This document shows positions 31,404-41,483 of a stretch of DNA of 64,000 nucleotides, one piece after another. The notes beneath the pieces were generated by a model that saw nothing but the letters and a program-made list of their open reading frames with translations, had not been told where the DNA came from and did no database searches. This DNA is from Longimicrobiales bacterium (GTDB taxonomy: Bacteria; Gemmatimonadota; Gemmatimonadetes; Longimicrobiales; Gaopeijiaceae), in NCBI GenBank assembly GCA_965197725.1, contig CBDANQ010000059.1, forward strand, positions 1 through 64,000, given 5' to 3'. The first letter of the stretch is position 1. Each line of letters opens with the position of its first letter. A program made the position numbers and the translations under genes.

Positions 31404-32942
31404 CTACACGTAGTCCATGAGTCCAAGAGCGGCCTGCTCGGCGCTGCGAATGGTGTCTGGGATCCCGACGCCACCGTACGAACAACCCGCCAAGAACAAG
31501 CCCGGAAGTGTCGCGACTCGATCCTGGATCGTCCGCACCCGCGCGAGATGCCCGACCGTGTAGCCCGGCATACTGTTCTCCCAGCGGAAGACACGCCACC
31601 ACTGGGGTGAAGCCTCGAGCCCGACGGCGTCTCGAAGCTCGTCGGTGAGGATGGTGAGCAGTCGCTCTTCCCCCTCCGGTCCGGCCGCTGGCAAGTGGGG
31701 TTCGCGGACGAAGCCGCGCAGCAGAACCCGACCGTCCGGGGCACGTCCGCCGAACTTCCGGGACGACCAGGTCACGCCCGCAACCTTCCGTCCTTCGGAC
31801 AGCGGGTTCAGGTAACCGTGCCCCTCCAGCGGGCGAGGGAAGTCCCCCGCGTCGTACGCCGCCGTCACGACGCTCGTCGACGTGAAGGGAATCTCGCCGA
31901 GTGCCGCTGAGAGGTCCGTCTCCTCGGCCAGGAGGCGCGCGCTCAGTGGCGCAGGAGTCGTGACGACGACTGCGTCGGCAACGAGCGGAGATCGGCCCTG
32001 TAGGTCGAGCGTCCAGCCGTCGGGGGAGTGTCGGACCGCCTCAACGCTCACGCCGCGTAGTACTTCGAGACGCCCCGTGGCGTCGCCATCGGAGTTCGCT
32101 CCGGTGTGCCCGTCGAGATGCCGCTCGACTCCCTCGAGCGACGCCTGAAGCGCCTCAATGAGTCGGCCCATCCCGACCCGCAGGGACAAAAACGGGGCGC
32201 CGGGGCGGAGGCTGCCGATCGACTCGGCCCGCTCGCGTGCTTGGGCCCTCAGCCCGCGCGTCACGCTTCCCGACTCTCGCTCAGCTTGCACGAGCACTGG
32301 GAACGTCGCCGCAATGCTCAACTCCTCGGGGCTGCTCCCGTGCAATCCTCCGAGCAAAGGCTGCAACAGCCTCTCGTAGAGCTCGGAGCCGAATCGGCGG
32401 CGCACGAAGGACGCCACGGTCTCGTCACCGTCGGACGTTCGCCTGGGGATCCAGGGCTCCATCGCGACGCGGGCGCAGCCTAGAGGGCTGAGAATCCCCG
32501 AGGTCCACAGCGGGCCGAGCTTGGTGGGGACGAGACCCGTGAGCCCGTCGGGAAACGGCACGAGGGCCCCTGCCCTGCGAACGAAGGCGCGCGGCCAGCC
32601 CGGCTCGCTTCCGACGAGCTCATCAGCTAGGCCCAGCTCTTCGGCCAGGGCGCGGGCCCACGGCTTGCGAGCCAGGAAACTGTCGGCGGCGGCCTCCACG
32701 ATGAAGCCGTCGAAGGACTCGGTGAGGATCTTCCCCCCGAGCCGGTCGTCTCGCTCGAGCAGGACGACGCGCGCGTTCAAGGGAGCGGTATCGACGGGCT
32801 CCGCTTCCGGGCCAGTCCCGGGCAGGCCAGTCCCGGGCAGGCGAGCCCCGGGATTCAGCAGTCGGTGCACGACGGTGAGGCCCGCGAGACCGCCGCCGAC
32901 CACCGCTACGATCGGGGCGTGCGGGGCCTCGGGAGGGGACAC
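31404..32942 (-). CDS. hemY: HemY-family flavoprotein oxidase (coproporphyrinogen III/protoporphyrinogen oxidase, CgoX)
   Basis: GGGLAGL FAD motif, RLGGKI, ADSFLARKP, MPGYTVGH, GVGIPD; hem operon context. Confidence 0.92.
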   Translation of the reverse strand: MSPPEAPHAPIVAVVGGGLAGLTVVHRLLNPGARLPGTGLPGTGPEAEPVDTAPLNARVVLLERDDRLGGKILTESFDGFIVEAAADSFLARKPWARALAEELGLADELVGSEPGWPRAFVRRAGALVPFPDGLTGLVPTKLGPLWTSGILSPLGCARVAMEPWIPRRTSDGDETVASFVRRRFGSELYERLLQPLLGGLHGSSPEELSIAATFPVLVQAERESGSVTRGLRAQARERAESIGSLRPGAPFLSLRVGMGRLIEALQASLEGVERHLDGHTGANSDGDATGRLEVLRGVSVEAVRHSPDGWTLDLQGRSPLVADAVVVTTPAPLSARLLAEETDLSAALGEIPFTSTSVVTAAYDAGDFPRPLEGHGYLNPLSEGRKVAGVTWSSRKFGGRAPDGRVLLRGFVREPHLPAAGPEGEERLLTILTDELRDAVGLEASPQWWRVFRWENSMPGYTVGHLARVRTIQDRVATLPGLFLAGCSYGGVGIPDTIRSAEQAALGLMDYV

Positions 32943-32955
32943 GCTGGCAGGCCGA

Positions 32956-33996
32956 TCAGCCGACGGCCGCGCCGTTCCAGGAACGCAAAGTCTCCAGAAC
33001 CACGGAGATACTGTCGACGGGAGTCGTCGGATTCACGCCGTGCCCGAGGTTGAAGACATGCCCCGGGCGCCCGTTCGCGCAAGTCAGGATCTGCTGCACG
33101 CGCTCGCGGATGAAGTCGTGCGGCCCGTAGAGCACTGTGGGATCGAGATTCCCCTGCACGCCTTTGCCCTCACCGACCCTCGCCCACCCTTCGTCGAGCG
33201 GAACGCGCCAGTCGAGCCCGATGACGTCGCCGCCGGCCTCGCGGATGTCCTCGAGAAGCTCGCCCGTGCCGACCCCGAAGTGGATCGTGGGGCGGTCGAG
33301 GTCGCTCAACGCCTCGAAGATGGCCGCGCTGTGCGGCTTGATGTAGCGGCGGTAGTCCTCCGGACCGAGAGAGCCGACCCAACTGTCGAAGAGTTGCAGC
33401 ACCTGGGCGCCGGCGTCGGCCTGCGCGGTCAGGTATGCGATCGTCAGCGTGACGAGCTTCTCCATGAGCGCGCGGAACGTCTCCGGCTCGTCGTACATGA
33501 AGCTCTTCGTCTTGATGAAGTCCCGCGTTGGGCCTCCCTCGATCAGATAGCTGGCCAGCGTGAACGGAGCTCCCGCGAAGCCGATCAACGCGGTGTCCGC
33601 CGGAAGCTCTGCGCGCACCATACCGAGCGCCGCGAGCGTAGGCGCGAGAGCCTCGCGAGGATCGATCGGCCGGAGCGCCGTCACGTCCTCGGCGGTGCGT
33701 ATCGGATTCGCGATCGACGGGCCCACATCGGGCACGAATGTCAAATCTATCCCCATGGAGACGAGCGGCAGGAGGATATCCGCAAAGATGATGGCTCCGT
33801 CCATGCCGAAGCGACGGATCGGCTGAAGCGTGACTTCGGAGGTCAACTCGGGGTCGGCGCAGATCTCGAGCAGCGTGTGCTTCTCGCGCACCGCCCGGTA
33901 CTCGGGCAGGAAGCGTCCCGCCTGCCTCATGAACCACGCCGGCGTGCAGTCGACGGGCCGCCGCCTACACGCGGCGACGAGGCGAGGTTCACTCAC
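32956..33996 (-). CDS. hemE: Uroporphyrinogen decarboxylase
   Basis: PAWFMRQAGRFLPEY, IIFADIL, IGFAGAPFTLASY, QGNLDP, FNLGHGV; GTG start overlaps the chdC stop. Confidence 0.96.
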   Translation of the reverse strand: MSEPRLVAACRRRPVDCTPAWFMRQAGRFLPEYRAVREKHTLLEICADPELTSEVTLQPIRRFGMDGAIIFADILLPLVSMGIDLTFVPDVGPSIANPIRTAEDVTALRPIDPREALAPTLAALGMVRAELPADTALIGFAGAPFTLASYLIEGGPTRDFIKTKSFMYDEPETFRALMEKLVTLTIAYLTAQADAGAQVLQLFDSWVGSLGPEDYRRYIKPHSAAIFEALSDLDRPTIHFGVGTGELLEDIREAGGDVIGLDWRVPLDEGWARVGEGKGVQGNLDPTVLYGPHDFIRERVQQILTCANGRPGHVFNLGHGVNPTTPVDSISVVLETLRSWNGAAVG

Positions 33997-34703
33997 GGCC
34001 AGAGCTCGGTCGGCTGATCGGCGGGAACGTGCGTAGCTACGTGCACGGGGGCGTCCAGGAGCGTATACGGCCGGGCCGCCGTCGCGCGAAGTTCGCGCAC
34101 GAGCTCGGAGAACCGGGGCAGATCGTCGGACTCGTAGACCACCACGAACTCGTGGTCTTGCAGACCCGTGGAGTAGAGGAGCAACTGGGAGATGCCCGCA
34201 TAGCTCCTCCCGATCCTGATGTGCTCGTTCATCATCGCCTGACGGCCGGGTTGGTGGATCAGATACCACTCGGCCGTCTTGGAAAACGGATACGCGATGA
34301 GGTACGGCAGGATGTCGGAGCCGAACGGGTCGATGCGCCCGGCCTCCCGAGCGCCGCGGTACTGGGTTGCGCGCGTGAAGCCCCACAGCACGTCGACCAT
34401 GCTCACGTACCGCCGGAACGGGCGCAATGCACTCGAATAAGCATTGAAGAAATTGTGGGGGTTGGAGTTCCCCTTCATGCGTACGGCGCACCAGAGGATG
34501 AAGTCCGTACCGACGCGTGTGGGGGAAGTCCGATAGTGCCGGACGCCTTCCGCCACGCCGGACGTGGTCTCGGCCCACGCGACCTGCAGGTCCGCGCGCT
34601 CCTCCTCACTCAGGCGCCAGTATTCGTCGGTGAGCGTGAAGACACCGAAATGGTTGAGTGAGCTCTCGAGCTCGTCGTTTACGGTGTCGTCTTCCGTAGC
34701 CAC
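33993..34703 (-). CDS. chdC: Coproheme decarboxylase (HemQ/ChdC, chlorite-dismutase fold)
   Basis: YPFSKT..WY...[32 protein letters not shown]; no signal peptide; embedded in the hem operon. Confidence 0.85.
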   Translation of the reverse strand: MATEDDTVNDELESSLNHFGVFTLTDEYWRLSEEERADLQVAWAETTSGVAEGVRHYRTSPTRVGTDFILWCAVRMKGNSNPHNFFNAYSSALRPFRRYVSMVDVLWGFTRATQYRGAREAGRIDPFGSDILPYLIAYPFSKTAEWYLIHQPGRQAMMNEHIRIGRSYAGISQLLLYSTGLQDHEFVVVYESDDLPRFSELVRELRATAARPYTLLDAPVHVATHVPADQPTELWP

Positions 34704-35680
34704 TGGGCTACCTCCTCCGCATGGTAGGTGATCACGAGGTCGGCCCCTGCTCTCTTCATGCCCAACAGGGACTCCGTCACTACGGCCTTCTCATCGAGCC
34801 AACCCGCGAGGGCCCCCGCCTTGAGCATGGCATACTCACCGCTGACGTTGTATGCGACGAGCGGCAGGGACGGGAACGAGTCCCGGAGTGAGCGCACGAT
34901 GTCGAGGTACGCGAGCGCGGGCTTGACCATGAGGAAGTCGGCACCCTGCTCGACGTCCAGCCTCGCCTCGCGCAGTGCCTCGCGCGCGTTGGCCGGATCC
35001 ATCTGGTGCGAGCGACGATCCCCGAACGCGGGCGCGCCGTCCGCGGCGTCCCGAAACGGTCCGTAGAACGACGACGCGTACTTCACGGCGTACGACATGA
35101 TCGGGATCTCGCCGAAACCCGACCCGTCGAGCGCCTTACGGATCGCGCCGACCATGCCGTCCATCATGCCTGAGGGCGCCACGACGTCGGCACCGCTCTG
35201 TGCTTGTGACACGGCGATCCGAGCCAGGGCGTCGAGCGTCGGCTCGGTATCGATCGAGTTGTCGTCCCGCAGGAGGCCGCAGTGCCCGTGATCGGTGTAC
35301 TCACACAGGCACGTGTCCGCGATGATGACCAGGTCGGGGCACCGTTCGCGAATCGCGCGGGCGGCGCGTTGGACGATGCCGTCCTCGGCCCAACTCTGGC
35401 TGCCCAAAGGGTCTTTGTGCTTCGGGATCCCGAACAGAACCACTGCCCGGATTCCGAGACCCGCTGCGTGTTCGGCGTAGGCGGCGGATTCCTCGACCGA
35501 CCGTCGGAACACGCCCGGCATGGAGGAGATCTCAGCCACGCCGCCGCCTTCCTCGACGAAGAGCGGCAGGATCAGGTCCTCGACGACCAGGCGCGTCTCG
35601 CGGACGAGGGCCCGTAGGGCGGCAGTGCGACGCAAACGCTGTGGGCGCTGGCTCGTGTACCGGGGGGAGTCTGGGCTCAT
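34679..35680 (-). CDS. hemB: Porphobilinogen synthase (Zn-dependent ALAD)
   Basis: [50 protein letters not shown]. Confidence 0.97.
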   Translation of the reverse strand: MSPDSPRYTSQRPQRLRRTAALRALVRETRLVVEDLILPLFVEEGGGVAEISSMPGVFRRSVEESAAYAEHAAGLGIRAVVLFGIPKHKDPLGSQSWAEDGIVQRAARAIRERCPDLVIIADTCLCEYTDHGHCGLLRDDNSIDTEPTLDALARIAVSQAQSGADVVAPSGMMDGMVGAIRKALDGSGFGEIPIMSYAVKYASSFYGPFRDAADGAPAFGDRRSHQMDPANAREALREARLDVEQGADFLMVKPALAYLDIVRSLRDSFPSLPLVAYNVSGEYAMLKAGALAGWLDEKAVVTESLLGMKRAGADLVITYHAEEVAQWLRKTTP

Positions 35681-36465
35681 GGTGCGGTCGATGAGGTGTG
35701 ACGGACCCAACCTTCGTACGTACTCAGCGCGTCCACCAGCCCCCGAGAAGTCGACTCGCTCGCCTCGACGTCCACACGCACGCCGAGCTCTCGGGCGGCG
35801 TTGCTCGTGACCGGACCGACGCTCGCGACGACAGCCTCTTCAATGACGTGCGCGCGGGCCACACCGAGAGCCTCGACCAGCCCTCGGATCGTCGACGGGC
35901 TCGTGAAGGTGATTGCGTCGACGCCTTCGTCCAGCGCCTCGAGACCAGCCTCGGTCACCGCCTGCGGCCGAGTGCGATAAGCAGCGACCGAATCGACTCC
36001 AGCGCCCACGTCCCGGAGCAGGCCGGGCAGCGTGTCGTCGGCCAGGTCGGAGCGGGGTAGCAGAATCCGGACCCCGTCCACATCGCCCAAAGACTCCGGG
36101 ATCTGGTCGCCCCGATGGTCACTGGGCATCGCAGCCACCGTCAGCCCCGCGTCGCTCAGTACCGCTCGCGTCGCCGGCCCCACGGCAGCCAGTCGCAGGT
36201 TGGCGACACGCCCCAGGTCCAGCCCCAGCGTGGTGGTGCGCTGCAAGACCGACCGAGCCGCGTTTGCGCTGGTGAACACCAGCCAGTCGTACTGCGCGGC
36301 TGAGCGCAACGCACGGTCGAGCGGCTCGAAGCTGGACGGCGGAGCGATGGCGACCGTGGGTACGAGGATGGGCACCGCGCCCGCCGCCTCCAGAAGCCCG
36401 CATATCTCGGCGGACTGGGCAGCGGGTCGCGTCACCACGATCCGGCGCGACTCGAGCGCGTTCAT
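35677..36465 (-). CDS. hemD: Uroporphyrinogen-III synthase
   Basis: [32 protein letters not shown]. Confidence 0.93.
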   Translation of the reverse strand: MNALESRRIVVTRPAAQSAEICGLLEAAGAVPILVPTVAIAPPSSFEPLDRALRSAAQYDWLVFTSANAARSVLQRTTTLGLDLGRVANLRLAAVGPATRAVLSDAGLTVAAMPSDHRGDQIPESLGDVDGVRILLPRSDLADDTLPGLLRDVGAGVDSVAAYRTRPQAVTEAGLEALDEGVDAITFTSPSTIRGLVEALGVARAHVIEEAVVASVGPVTSNAARELGVRVDVEASESTSRGLVDALSTYEGWVRHTSSTAP

Positions 36466-37379
36466 GCGAGCAGCTCCCGAGCACCCAGGCTGAGCGCCTC
36501 CTCCGCCAATGCGCGCCCCAACTCGAGCGGGTCCCCGCCGACGGACGATACGCGAATGCTCTCGCCACTGTGCAACGCTCCGACGAAACCGTGCAGCTCC
36601 AGCGGCGCTCCCTCGACGTGCCGAGCCAGGGCGCCAACCGGGAGCGAACAGCCACCCCCCAGCACGGATAAGAAGGCCCGCTCCGCATCCACCTCAGCGC
36701 GCACGGCCGCCTCGTCGATCAGCGCGAGTAGGGCCCGCGCCTCGTGGTCGTCCTCCCGACACTGGACCGCGAGCGCACCCTGTCCGGGAGCGGGCAAGAA
36801 CCTCTCGATGGGCAGGAGCTCCCTCACGTGCTCGGTGAGCCCCAACCGGTTCAGGCCGGCGGCGGCGAGCACGACCGCATCGAGCGGGCCGTCGACGGCC
36901 TTCGAGACGCGCGTCTCCACATTGCCACGCACCGGCTCGACCACGAGGTCGTCTCTGAACGCAAGGATCTGCGCGCGCCGGCGGGGGCTCGAGGTCCCGA
37001 CCTTGGCGCCGCTCGGCAACGAAGCCAGCCCACCCTCACGGGCAGATACGAGCGCGTCGCGCGGGTCGTCCCGGCTCAGGATGGCGGCGGTCACGATGCC
37101 GGTGTTGTCCCGGATGGGAAGATCCTTCAGCGAGTGGACCGCGACCGCGACCCGTCCCTCGAGGAGAGCGCGGTCGATCTCGGACGAGAACGCAGCGCCA
37201 CCCAGATCGGACAGCACCGCGCCCACTTCGCGATCTCCGAGCGTGAAGAGCGGTAAGGCGCGGGCGTGGAGGCTCGGGGACGCTTCGTTCAGCCGTTGGG
37301 AGACGTGATCGGTCTGCCAGAGGGCAAGTGCGGACGAACGCGTTCCGAGCAGGAGTTCTCCTCGGAAAGTCTTTGGCAT
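36462..37379 (-). CDS. hemC: Hydroxymethylbilane synthase
   Basis: GTRSSALALWQ, AVHSLKDLP, GTSSPRRRAQ, RGNVETR, PAPGQGALA, GGGCSLP. Confidence 0.95.
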   Translation of the reverse strand: MPKTFRGELLLGTRSSALALWQTDHVSQRLNEASPSLHARALPLFTLGDREVGAVLSDLGGAAFSSEIDRALLEGRVAVAVHSLKDLPIRDNTGIVTAAILSRDDPRDALVSAREGGLASLPSGAKVGTSSPRRRAQILAFRDDLVVEPVRGNVETRVSKAVDGPLDAVVLAAAGLNRLGLTEHVRELLPIERFLPAPGQGALAVQCREDDHEARALLALIDEAAVRAEVDAERAFLSVLGGGCSLPVGALARHVEGAPLELHGFVGALHSGESIRVSSVGGDPLELGRALAEEALSLGARELLA

Positions 37380-37403
37380 GCTGAGTCGGATTAGATCAGT
37401 CTT

Positions 37404-38807
37404 CTAGGTCTCTTCGTCGAGAGCGAAGAGCTGTCGCACAACCTTGGAATACTCGTGGAAATGACCGTCGGCCGATGCCGATCGCAACCGCAGCGACGGT
37501 TCGTGCAGGAGCTTGCGCACCAAAGCGCCACTGAAGTGCTCGATGCGGCTCCGGGTTTCAGGATCGATGCCCTCGAATTCGCCGAACAGGCGTGCAATCT
37601 CGCTCTCCCGCAGCCCTTCGGCCCGCTGCCAGAATGCCGCGAGCACGGGCTGAACGCGCCCGATCGCCCGCGCTTGATCGTACTGGACGACCTCCTGCTC
37701 GACGATGGCCTCGGCCAGTCCGACCTCTTGGTGCCGTCCCTCGAGGTTGGCGTCACTCACGGCCCGTAAGTCGTCGAGCCCGAAGAGTCGCACGCTTTCG
37801 AGCTCGCCCACCGCCGGCTCGACATCGCGAGGCACAGCCAGGTCGACGATGATGAGCGGCCGGTCCGTCGCGCGTCCTGCGATGGCCTGCGCCACGAGGT
37901 CACGGGTCAAGATCGGCTCCATCGAGCTGGTGGTCGCGAGCACCACGTCGCTGTCCGGCAGCAGTGTGGAGAGTTCTCCCAGCCGGGCCGCGCTGCCGCC
38001 GAAGTCGTCGGCCAACGCACCCGCGTGTCCGGCGCTACGGTTCGCGACCGTCAGCACGGCGCCGCCGGCCTTCTCGATCGAAGCGCACGCGAGTCGTCCG
38101 ACTTTGCCTGCGCCGACGACCAGGACGCTCTTGCCCTCGAGGGAATCCAGCTCGCGCTCGGCGAGCTCGATCGCCACCGAGCTGAGGCTGATGCGTCCCC
38201 GACCGATGCCGGTTTCTGTCCTGGCGCGCCCGCTCGCTCGTCGCGCCGCCTCGGCCATCGCGATCAACGCGACGTTCCACCCTTCCGCATCGACGGTCCG
38301 CGCGAATCCACGCGACACCTGACCCGCGATCTCGTGCTCCCCGACCACGAGCGAGTCGAGTCCGGCGGCGACTTTGCACAGATGACGCACGGCGTCGGAA
38401 CCGCGATGCACGTAGACGAACGCCTCGGGATCCAAGTCCACGCAGTCCGCGGCCTTCAGGAATATCTCCGCACCGATCGAATGAATCATTTCTTCGACCG
38501 CATCGGCGCCCACAGCCAGATAAAACTCCACCCGATTGCACGTGCTCACGACGGCCATGTTGGACGGCCTGAGGCAGATGGCGCCATCGCCCGCGTGGAC
38601 CTCGGAGCCGTCCATCGCCTGCTGCACGATCGTCACGGCGGCTTCCAGGAACTCCATGGGCGCGACCCGTAGGCTCGTTCCCACGCACAGTTCGATGAGC
38701 GCCGGCTCATGGTCGTCACGGTGCGGGGTGAGGCCTTCCAGCCCTCCCACTTTAGGAGATACTGAGTCTACGGCGCCGTCTCCGGCCAAACGTGGGCGCT
38801 CGGTCAT
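37404..38807 (-). CDS. hemA: Glutamyl-tRNA reductase
   Basis: STCNRVE, GLDSLVVGEHEIAGQV, VVGAGKVG, VANRS, DLAVPRDVE. Confidence 0.94.
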   Translation of the reverse strand: MTERPRLAGDGAVDSVSPKVGGLEGLTPHRDDHEPALIELCVGTSLRVAPMEFLEAAVTIVQQAMDGSEVHAGDGAICLRPSNMAVVSTCNRVEFYLAVGADAVEEMIHSIGAEIFLKAADCVDLDPEAFVYVHRGSDAVRHLCKVAAGLDSLVVGEHEIAGQVSRGFARTVDAEGWNVALIAMAEAARRASGRARTETGIGRGRISLSSVAIELAERELDSLEGKSVLVVGAGKVGRLACASIEKAGGAVLTVANRSAGHAGALADDFGGSAARLGELSTLLPDSDVVLATTSSMEPILTRDLVAQAIAGRATDRPLIIVDLAVPRDVEPAVGELESVRLFGLDDLRAVSDANLEGRHQEVGLAEAIVEQEVVQYDQARAIGRVQPVLAAFWQRAEGLRESEIARLFGEFEGIDPETRSRIEHFSGALVRKLLHEPSLRLRSASADGHFHEYSKVVRQLFALDEET

Positions 38808-39799
38808 GATGCGGCGGTCAGGGACGTGAGTGGCGCGTTTGTGTTGGTGCCCAGCGCGTCGATGACGAGATCCGCCAGCACACCACCCATGTCCGGATGA
38901 TCGTGCGGGGTCGCGACGCGGTGAAATCCCATGCCCAGCTTCTCTACGGACACCCGAAACTTCAGGTCGAGTTCGTCCAGCGTCTCCGACTGCTCGTGGA
39001 TGAAGCTCAGCGGGACGACCACGACGTGTTCGGCTTCAATCGTCGGCATCATTTTCGCATTCGAAGGCTCGGTCCATTCGATGGCCCGGTTCGTGTGGTT
39101 CTGGTATCCGAGCTCGTACCCATCCACGCCGACGGCGTCCGCGATCAGGCGGCACGACTCCTCCACGTGCTCCTGATACTGGCTCCCTTCCTCCAGATAG
39201 GAGATCGGAGTGCCATGAGCCGAGAAGTAGAGGCACACGCCCGGGTCGTGAGCGTCGAGACCGCGCTCGGTCATCAGCGTTCGGATGCCGTGGGCTCGGA
39301 GCTCCACGTACTTGGGGTTACGGTGCCAACCCCCGACGAACACAGTCTCCACAAGCCAGGAAAGCTCGTCGAGCTCCTCGCGCACCGTGTCCAGCGCGGC
39401 CACCGTCGTGGTCGGCCCGCTGACGGGGTACAGGGGAAGCGCCACCAGTTGCTTGACTCCGCTCTCGCGGCACCGCTGCAGCGCATCCGAGATGGTGGGG
39501 GTCGTGAACTGAGTTCCGACGAAGACGTGGGCAGAGTGACCGCGTTCCTTCAGCGCCGCCTCGAGGGCCTCGCCGTGAGCGTGCGCATGGGCGTTCATCG
39601 GGGAGCCGCCGATCTCCTCGTACGCCTCCATGAGTCCAGGTGCGCGAGCCTCGGCGAGCTGCCGTGCTCGCTCGGCGCCGGAACCAGGTTCCAATCTGCG
39701 GTTCGCGAGGAAAATGCGTTCCAGGAAATCGATCACAAGCTCGGGGTCCGAGCCCTCAGGCTCGCCAAATGCGAGCAAGACGACGCCAAGCCGGCTCAC
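38804..39799 (-). CDS. hemH: Ferrochelatase (probably coproporphyrin ferrochelatase CpfC)
   Basis: LLAFGEP, YEEIGGSP, LPLYP, FSAHGTP, SETLDELD. Confidence 0.9.
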   Translation of the reverse strand: MSRLGVVLLAFGEPEGSDPELVIDFLERIFLANRRLEPGSGAERARQLAEARAPGLMEAYEEIGGSPMNAHAHAHGEALEAALKERGHSAHVFVGTQFTTPTISDALQRCRESGVKQLVALPLYPVSGPTTTVAALDTVREELDELSWLVETVFVGGWHRNPKYVELRAHGIRTLMTERGLDAHDPGVCLYFSAHGTPISYLEEGSQYQEHVEESCRLIADAVGVDGYELGYQNHTNRAIEWTEPSNAKMMPTIEAEHVVVVPLSFIHEQSETLDELDLKFRVSVEKLGMGFHRVATPHDHPDMGGVLADLVIDALGTNTNAPLTSLTAAS

Positions 39800-40058
39800 G
39801 TATCCGCCCGCCTGTCGATGCTCCAGGTCATGGATGCGCCATTCACGGTGTGAAGGGGAGCGCGTGGAATGGAGAGTGACATTTCCTAGTGTCGAAGCCG
39901 GAGGGTCCCTACCGATTTCCGCCGCACGGTCTATTCCGCAACATCGACGGTAGAGCCATAGCAGGCCAGGGACAATTCGTACATCTACCCATGCGCGCGA
40001 TCCGCAATTTCTCCCATTCCCTCGGGGGTCCCGTGCGCGGGGAGCGGAAATAGGCTCC

Positions 40059-41105
40059 CTACGTGGGCATCTGCCAGCAGTGCCTTAAGAATCGGCGATC
40101 GGCGCGTTGCGGCGTCGCGATGTCCTCGAAGAAGCCCTCGAGGTAGCGCATGCTGCGGTTCCTATCACCGTCTTCCAGGTACGGGAAGTCGCGGTAGAGG
40201 GCCATGATGTCGGTCTCGGCCGCGCGGAACCGCTCCAGGATTGGCTCCGGATCGAGACTGCTGCGACACCAGCCCCGGTACAGGCGATCCTGAACTCTCT
40301 TGATGCCGAGCGAGGGATCGGGGACCGAGTACGGCGCTTCCACAATCCCTGAGAAGTCGAGGTCGTAGGGGACGGGCAGCGCGACGCCACCGATGCCGAG
40401 CACTTCGACGTTGTGCCCCGCCACTTCGGACCAGTCCGTGTTCCCGATCATGTACTGGAAGATCGCCATGGTCTGGGTGGTGGTCGGCTCGAAGACGCCG
40501 TGCGGAAGGTTCTTGCCCTCCGGGATGTCGAAGACCTCGAAACCCATGCCGACCCGCGCGGCAAGCGCGGCGGCGTCTTCGATGAAGAAAGCGAGGCGCG
40601 TGAACGGGTCGTCGTCACCGCTCTCGTCGACGTACGTGATGCGCGCAAGACGCACGTCGAAGGACGTCGCGGTGATCATGGCGAAGGTGCGGTACGCGAG
40701 GTACTCGTTCAGGACCAGCTGCTCGTACGAGTCCCGGTTCGAACGGCACGGGTTCACGATTTTTAGCTTGTCCTGCCCCTCGAACTCGGTGCCCTCGGTC
40801 TGCTTCTTCTTGAGGTTCAGCCTGAGCGGCGGGAAGGGGCAGTTCCGCTTCTCGAGGCGGAAGCGACCGCGCGTACGAAGCTGTGCCTCGATCGTGACGT
40901 CTCCGCCGGCTTCGGTGGTCACTGTGACGGTGGCCGGACGCTCCGGTGACTCGCGCCGGTCGTCTTTCAGCAGCGAAAAGTCCGCGGTGAGCGTGAGCTC
41001 GATCGCTTCGTCCGACGCAAAGAGCGGCGCGGGCTCGGCCTGCTGCGCGAAGGCAGGAAGCGCAATGGCGAGCGCCATTGTCGCCAGAAGTGTCGTTCTC
41101 ATCAT
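40059..41105 (-). CDS. Secreted CotH-kinase-like hypothetical protein
   Basis: Signal peptide ending AFA-Q; RGRFR, FPPLRLN, KLKIV, EYLAY, MIGNTDWS, HNV, PVPYDLDFSG. Confidence 0.65.
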   Translation of the reverse strand: MMRTTLLATMALAIALPAFAQQAEPAPLFASDEAIELTLTADFSLLKDDRRESPERPATVTVTTEAGGDVTIEAQLRTRGRFRLEKRNCPFPPLRLNLKKKQTEGTEFEGQDKLKIVNPCRSNRDSYEQLVLNEYLAYRTFAMITATSFDVRLARITYVDESGDDDPFTRLAFFIEDAAALAARVGMGFEVFDIPEGKNLPHGVFEPTTTQTMAIFQYMIGNTDWSEVAGHNVEVLGIGGVALPVPYDLDFSGIVEAPYSVPDPSLGIKRVQDRLYRGWCRSSLDPEPILERFRAAETDIMALYRDFPYLEDGDRNRSMRYLEGFFEDIATPQRADRRFLRHCWQMPT

Positions 41106-41483
41106 CCCCCACAATCTATCGTCAACCTCACCACCCCACACCATCCGTCTCTGTGCGCCGTACGGCTGTCCGACCGGCCGAGCTGCTCGAGCGCGCCCAC
41201 GCGTCGGCTTCACCCGGAAAACCGAAGTCGTTGTCCACGACGCCGATGACCCGAGCGCGCACGCCCTGGACCTCGAGACTGACGTCCGAGAGGTCTCGCC
41301 CTGCGAGCTCAATCTGCCAGAAGCCGTGTGACGCTCTCCCCTCCGACGAGGGTCTGCTGCGATAGCGACGAGGCTCGTCCCCGCGCTGCGTGTGACGTGG
41401 ATCGACCCCTTCAAGGTCCTCAAGGCCGAGTAGCGCAGACGCCGGGGGAAGCGGGACATCAGGGGTGTGAGGTATCTTTGCAC

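Noticed and set aside
33997..34578. Apparent 190-aa N-terminal extension of HemE
   Set aside because: It overlaps chdC in another frame; the real start is the GTG at 33996 coupled to the chdC stop
33993..34703. Chlorite dismutase (perchlorate respiration)
   Set aside because: No export signal, and it is translationally coupled within a heme operon; ChdC fits better
39800..40058. Regulator site upstream of the hem operon (TTCACGGTGTGAA palindrome)
   Set aside because: Short single palindrome matching no consensus I can name confidently
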